This document shows positions 58,290 to 64,000 of a DNA stretch of 64,000 bases, in pieces. The notes beneath the pieces were generated by a model. It was not told where the DNA came from. It saw only the letters and a program-made list of their open reading frames with translations, and did no database searches. The DNA is taken from sequence record DRR378314_995, one strand, 5' to 3'. The position numbers were made by a program, and so were the translations under genes. Each line of letters starts with the position of its first letter. Position 1 is the first letter of the stretch.

Positions 58290-59534
58290 ATGAAGAAATT
58301 GATCCTATTAATGAGTGCGCTTCTATTGGCTGCGTGCGGCGGCCCTTCAGCTCCTGAGCGTGATGAGGGGTACGACGTTTCGGAGCAAAATTATCGGGAA
58401 TTGCACCATCGCTTGCTGGTTTTGGATTCTCACCTCGACACCCCTGCAAACCTGTCCAACCCGGACTTTGATATTCTGGCTGATAACCCCACCAAGTTGG
58501 GGCGCGTGCAGGTAGATCTTCCCAAGATGGAGCGAGGCGGTCTCGATGGCGGCTTTTGGGTGATTTACACTCCCCAGGGGCCCCTCAACGTGGCCTCATA
58601 TGAAGCAGCAAAGCTCGCCGCTTTGAAGCGCTCGGATGAAATTCTGCAACTGATCGAAATGCATCCGAACGAATTTGAGCTAGCCACTACCGCGGATGAT
58701 GCTGAGAGAATCGCAGCCTCCGGCAAGAAAATCGTCTATAAATCCATCGAGAACAGCTACCCACTCGGCACCGACCTGGGAATGATCGAAGAGTTCTACA
58801 ATCGCGGCGTTCGCCTGATTGGTCCTGTCCACTTCATGGACAACCAATTTGCGGACAGCGCGACCGATCTCAGCGCATCTGATCTCGGAGGACTCACCCC
58901 TTTGGGGGAGGAGCTGATTCGGGAAGCGAACCGGCTGGGTATGATGATCGACGCGTCTCACGCAGCTGATTCAGCGCTCGAGGCCATTATGGAAGTCTCC
59001 ACCACGCCTGTCGTGCTGTCTCATACGGGGGTGAGCAGTCTGTATGACCATCCGCGAAACATATCAGACGACCTTTTGAGAAAGGTCGCGGCGGATGGTG
59101 GCGTTATCCAGATCAATGCTCTTGGTGCATATATAGAAGATCTCGAACCACCGGCGGAGAGGGTTGAGGCAATGGAGGCACTATCAGAAGAGTTTAATGG
59201 AATATCCCCGTTCGATCTCAGCTCCAACGAGCGTGAACGCTATTTGGCGCGTCGTCAGGAGATCAATGAGACGTATCCCATGCCTCTGTCATCGTTCGAT
59301 GTGTTCATGGATCAGATGCTGCACGCACTTGCGATCGTGGGGCCGGACCATGTCGGTATGGGAGCAGATTGGGATGGGGGAGGCGGCGTTGCCGGCATGG
59401 AGGACGTTTCCGATCTTCCAAAGGTAACGGAACGACTTCTTGAAGAAGGCTACTCCAAAGAGGATTTGGAAAAAATTTGGGGCGGAAATCTATTGCGCAT
59501 CATGCGAGAAGCCGAAGCTGCCAAACAAAATTGA
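58290..59534 (+). CDS. Membrane dipeptidase (M19) lipoprotein
   Basis: Lipobox LLAAC; DSHLD, QVDLPKM..GG, EANRLGMMIDASH, SH.G....HPRN, HVG.GADWDGGGG, KIWGGN.LR. Confidence 0.9.
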   Translation: MKKLILLMSALLLAACGGPSAPERDEGYDVSEQNYRELHHRLLVLDSHLDTPANLSNPDFDILADNPTKLGRVQVDLPKMERGGLDGGFWVIYTPQGPLNVASYEAAKLAALKRSDEILQLIEMHPNEFELATTADDAERIAASGKKIVYKSIENSYPLGTDLGMIEEFYNRGVRLIGPVHFMDNQFADSATDLSASDLGGLTPLGEELIREANRLGMMIDASHAADSALEAIMEVSTTPVVLSHTGVSSLYDHPRNISDDLLRKVAADGGVIQINALGAYIEDLEPPAERVEAMEALSEEFNGISPFDLSSNERERYLARRQEINETYPMPLSSFDVFMDQMLHALAIVGPDHVGMGADWDGGGGVAGMEDVSDLPKVTERLLEEGYSKEDLEKIWGGNLLRIMREAEAAKQN

Positions 59535-59662
59535 GCGAATAATGGCGACTGAAGAAAATCATGCCGCGATGATGATGTAGTCTTGCATTGGACCGAGGGG
59601 ATATGTATGAGGCCCCTTTCCAATTCACGCGCAATTTTGCGCCAAACCACCGGATACCTGTT

Positions 59663-59848
59663 ATGGCAGTCCCTAAGAGTAAAGTTTCGAAGTCTCGTCG
59701 CGGCATGCGCCGTTCGCACGACCGCCTCGACATGAACACATACATCGAAGACGCAGACTCCGGTGAGCTGCGCCGCCCGCACCACATCGACCTGAAGACC
59801 GGTGTATATCGCGGTCGTCAGGTTCTTGAACCACGCGACGACATCTAA
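59663..59848 (+). CDS. rpmF: 50S ribosomal protein L32
   Basis: [27 protein letters not shown]....G.YRGRQV. Confidence 0.95.
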   Translation: MAVPKSKVSKSRRGMRRSHDRLDMNTYIEDADSGELRRPHHIDLKTGVYRGRQVLEPRDDI

Positions 59849-61237
<1,389 letters not shown>

Positions 61238-61303
61238 TTTGCATCACCTGACACGGCCGATGGCGCTCACTTTCTCTTAACCAAACCGCCTTTAGGTGAG
61301 GTC

Positions 61304-61603
61304 ATGAGATCGCGATTCGAGGCTGTCGGCCTGTCACTTCTTGTCTTGTATTTTGCCTACCACGCCTTTGCGGGGGAGAAGGGGCTCGGCCGATGGTCGG
61401 ATGCCCAGATGGAGCTTGAGGATCGCAAGGCTGTTCTGGCCGATCTTGAGCAGGATCTCGCTCGTCTCGAAACCGATATTCGCCGCCTGACACCGGGATC
61501 TGTAGACCCAGATTTCGTAGAAGCCATGGCGCGTGACAAGCTCGCTTTCGTCTATCCGAACGAGATTGTTTTACTTTCTCCGGAACCAAGCTCTGCAAAT
61601 TGA
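61304..61603 (+). CDS. ftsB: Septum formation initiator FtsB/DivIC
   Basis: TM, G..G, coiled coil, D.DFVE..ARD.L....P.E; follows eno. Confidence 0.85.
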   Translation: MRSRFEAVGLSLLVLYFAYHAFAGEKGLGRWSDAQMELEDRKAVLADLEQDLARLETDIRRLTPGSVDPDFVEAMARDKLAFVYPNEIVLLSPEPSSAN

Positions 61604-61671
61604 CATAGTTGTTCTGACTTGTCGTTGCGTTATCGCGCATACATAAGTCCACAAAAGGGTTGGAGCGATTT

Positions 61672-62685
61672 ATGGCGACGAAATCTAGAAGTACCAAAAA
61701 GGCACCCTCCAAGGGCAATAAAGCGGAGATGCTGAAATACTATCGGGACATGCTCCTGATCCGCCGGTTTGAAGAGAAGGCCGGCCAGCTTTACGGCATG
61801 GGAAAGATTGCCGGGTTCTGCCACCTCTATATCGGCCAGGAAGCCGTTGTGACGGGTATGCAGGCCTGCTTGAAGGAAGGTGACCAGATCATCACGGGGT
61901 ATCGCGATCATGGGCACATGCTGGCCTGTGACATGGATCCGAAAGGCGTGATGGCAGAACTGACAGGACGCATCGGCGGCTACTCCCGAGGGAAGGGTGG
62001 CTCGATGCATATGTTCTCCAAAGAAAAGAACTTCTACGGAGGCCATGGAATCGTTGGAGCCCAGGTGCCAATCGGCACGGGCCTCGGATTTGCCAACAAG
62101 TATCGCGGCACGGACAACGTTGCCGTAGCCTATTTCGGTGATGGCGCCGCAAACCAGGGCCAAGTCTACGAAGCGTTCAACATGGCTTCGCTATGGGACC
62201 TTCCGGTTGTTTATGTCATTGAAAACAACATGTACGCGATGGGTACGAGTGTTGCCCGTCACGCCTCAGAAACTGAGCTCTACAAGCGCGGTATTTCCTT
62301 TGAAATTGAAGGAGAAGAGGTAGATGGCATGGACGTCATGGCCGTGCGGGCGGCGGGCGAAAAAGCCGTCAAGTATGCGCGTTCCGGAAAGGGGCCGTAC
62401 ATTCTGGAAATGAAGACCTACCGCTACCGAGGTCATTCAATGTCAGACCCTGCCAAGTACCGCAAACGCGAGGAGGTCGATGACATTCGCTCCCACCATG
62501 ATCCGATTGAGGGCCTGAAGACACAGCTCCTTGAGCAGGGCCACGCGAGCGAAGATGAGCTCAAAGACATAGACAAGGAAATCAAGGGCATCGTGAAAGA
62601 GGCCGCAGACTTTTCCCTTGAAAGCCCTGAACCTGATCCATCCGAACTGTGGACGGACGTTCTCAAAGACGTCGAGGTGGCCTGA
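61672..62685 (+). CDS. pdhA: Pyruvate dehydrogenase E1 alpha
   Basis: GFCHLYIGQEAV, YRDHG, GKGGSMH, GDGAANQGQ..E..N, TYRYRGHSMSDP. Confidence 0.97.
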   Translation: MATKSRSTKKAPSKGNKAEMLKYYRDMLLIRRFEEKAGQLYGMGKIAGFCHLYIGQEAVVTGMQACLKEGDQIITGYRDHGHMLACDMDPKGVMAELTGRIGGYSRGKGGSMHMFSKEKNFYGGHGIVGAQVPIGTGLGFANKYRGTDNVAVAYFGDGAANQGQVYEAFNMASLWDLPVVYVIENNMYAMGTSVARHASETELYKRGISFEIEGEEVDGMDVMAVRAAGEKAVKYARSGKGPYILEMKTYRYRGHSMSDPAKYRKREEVDDIRSHHDPIEGLKTQLLEQGHASEDELKDIDKEIKGIVKEAADFSLESPEPDPSELWTDVLKDVEVA

Positions 62686-62740
62686 TGTCTGGCGCCTGTG
62701 AAACCCGACAGTCCTTGATCCAGTTTTTCGGAGCACAATA

Positions 62741-64000
62741 ATGTCCGTAGATATTCTCATGCCTGCCCTGTCTCCGACAATGGAGGAAGGCACTCTTTCG
62801 AAATGGCTCAAAAAGGAAGGAGATACGGTCTCTTCCGGTGACGTCATTGCGGAAATCGAGACCGACAAGGCCACGATGGAAGTAGAAGCCGTCGATGAAG
62901 GCACGCTGGCCAAGATCCTGGTGCCTGAAGGGACCGAAGGCGTAAAAGTGAACGCGGTAATCGCGGTGCTTGCGGAAGACGGTGAAGATGCCTCCTCCGT
63001 AGAAGTGAAAAACGCTTCAAGCTCTTCGACCGAGTCCAAAGAGGCGGCAGAGGACAATACTTCCAAAGAATCTGACGATGAGAGTGAAGCTGCCGCTGAA
63101 CCTCAGGCTGCGATTCTTTCTGACCCAACCATTCCAGAAGGCACATCCTTCACCGAAACCACAGTGCGCGATGCCTTGCGTGATGCGATGGCCGAAGAAA
63201 TGCGCCGTGACGAGTCAGTCTTCGTCATGGGTGAAGAAGTCGCAGAGTATCAGGGCGCATACAAAGTGACGCGTGAACTGCTTCAGGAGTTTGGTGCGAA
63301 GCGTGTTGTAGACACACCGATTACGGAACACGGGTTTGCAGGTCTGGGCGTTGGAGCAGCATTTGCTGGCTTGAAGCCGATCGTCGAATTCATGACGTTC
63401 AATTTTGCCATGCAGGCGATTGACCAGATCATCAATTCTGCAGCCAAGACGCTGTACATGTCTGGTGGTCAGATGGGATGTCCAATCGTGTTCCGCGGGC
63501 CAAACGGCGCAGCTTCACGTGTCGGCGCTCAGCACAGCCAGGACTATTCTGCTTGGTACGGACAGGTGCCGGGCCTCAAGGTAGTCGCGCCATATGATGC
63601 GGCTGATGCCAAAGGTCTTCTCAAGGCAGCTATCCGTGATCCGAACCCGGTCGTTTTCCTGGAGCATGAACTCCTCTACGGCAACAGTTTCCCGGTCCCG
63701 GACATTGATGATCACATTTTGCCGCTTGGCAAAGCCAAGGTGAAGCGCGTCGGTAACGACGTAACTCTGGTTGCGCACTCGCGAATGGTGGGATTTGCGC
63801 TGCAAGCTGCTGAGACCTTGGCAGAGCAGGGGATAGATGCCGAGGTTATTGACCTGCGCACCATTCGCCCGCTCGATACCGACACGATCATTGAGAGCGT
63901 AAAGAAGACCAACCGTATCGTTTGCTGTGAAGAGGGATGGCGGTTCTTCGGTATCGGCGCGGAAATTGCCGCAACCGTGACTGCAGAAGCGTTTGACTAT
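62741..64000 (+). CDS. pdhB: Pyruvate dehydrogenase E1 beta with N-terminal lipoyl domain (truncated by window end; absent from ORF track)
   Basis: Translated from ATG 62741: [29 protein letters not shown] lipoyl domain, acidic linker, [37 protein letters not shown]. Confidence 0.95.
   Translation, partial: MSVDILMPALSPTMEEGTLSKWLKKEGDTVSSGDVIAEIETDKATMEVEAVDEGTLAKILVPEGTEGVKVNAVIAVLAEDGEDASSVEVKNASSSSTESKEAAEDNTSKESDDESEAAAEPQAAILSDPTIPEGTSFTETTVRDALRDAMAEEMRRDESVFVMGEEVAEYQGAYKVTRELLQEFGAKRVVDTPITEHGFAGLGVGAAFAGLKPIVEFMTFNFAMQAIDQIINSAAKTLYMSGGQMGCPIVFRGPNGAASRVGAQHSQDYSAWYGQVPGLKVVAPYDAADAKGLLKAAIRDPNPVVFLEHELLYGNSFPVPDIDDHILPLGKAKVKRVGNDVTLVAHSRMVGFALQAAETLAEQGIDAEVIDLRTIRPLDTDTIIESVKKTNRIVCCEEGWRFFGIGAEIAATVTAEAFDY

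Noticed and set aside
59663..59848. Cysteine-free (Zn-independent) L32
   Set aside because: Common form in alphaproteobacteria.
62741..63000. Lipoyl domain fused to PdhB
   Set aside because: Standard alphaproteobacterial architecture.

Overview
A gene-dense chromosomal segment from an alphaproteobacterium. Gene content and order (ftsN-nagZ-scpAB, popA-like gene next to mfd, GAFTGA-less NtrC, tRNA-His without G-1) suggest Caulobacterales/Hyphomonadaceae; this is an inference. Content in order: glyA(3' part)-nrdR-ribD'-ribE-ribB(X)-ribH-nusB; epoxide hydrolase; erpA/dgt-ftsN-nagZ-scpAB; DUF1287, nitroreductase, CYP153-like P450; nth; PfkB kinase; lipA-ratA; cinA-ispDF; dusB-ntrBC-ntrYX-trkAH-hfq-hflX; mazG; a frameshifted dgoK-like gene plus SMP-30 lactonase; secE-nusG; tRNA-His; an OmpA with 30 consecutive prolines; an M20 hydrolase-astA-astD-astB-maiA cluster; an LvaAB-like kinase pair; recG, sdhE, mfd, popA-like; a CoA transferase; a dipeptidase; rpmF; eno-ftsB; pdhA-pdhB(5' part). 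I saw no mobile element, prophage, CRISPR array or rRNA, and no clearly new multi-gene system. The best leads are an unannotated sRNA-like element (58139-58230), a riboflavin operon missing both the deaminase domain and a catalytic GTP cyclohydrolase II, an AST operon with an M20 hydrolase where astE would be, a stand-alone LvaAB-like pair, twin TGACG-N4-CGTCA operators before the P450, and a structured ompA leader. All family calls come from reading motifs by eye, not from database searches. Several starts were moved downstream of the ORF-track start.
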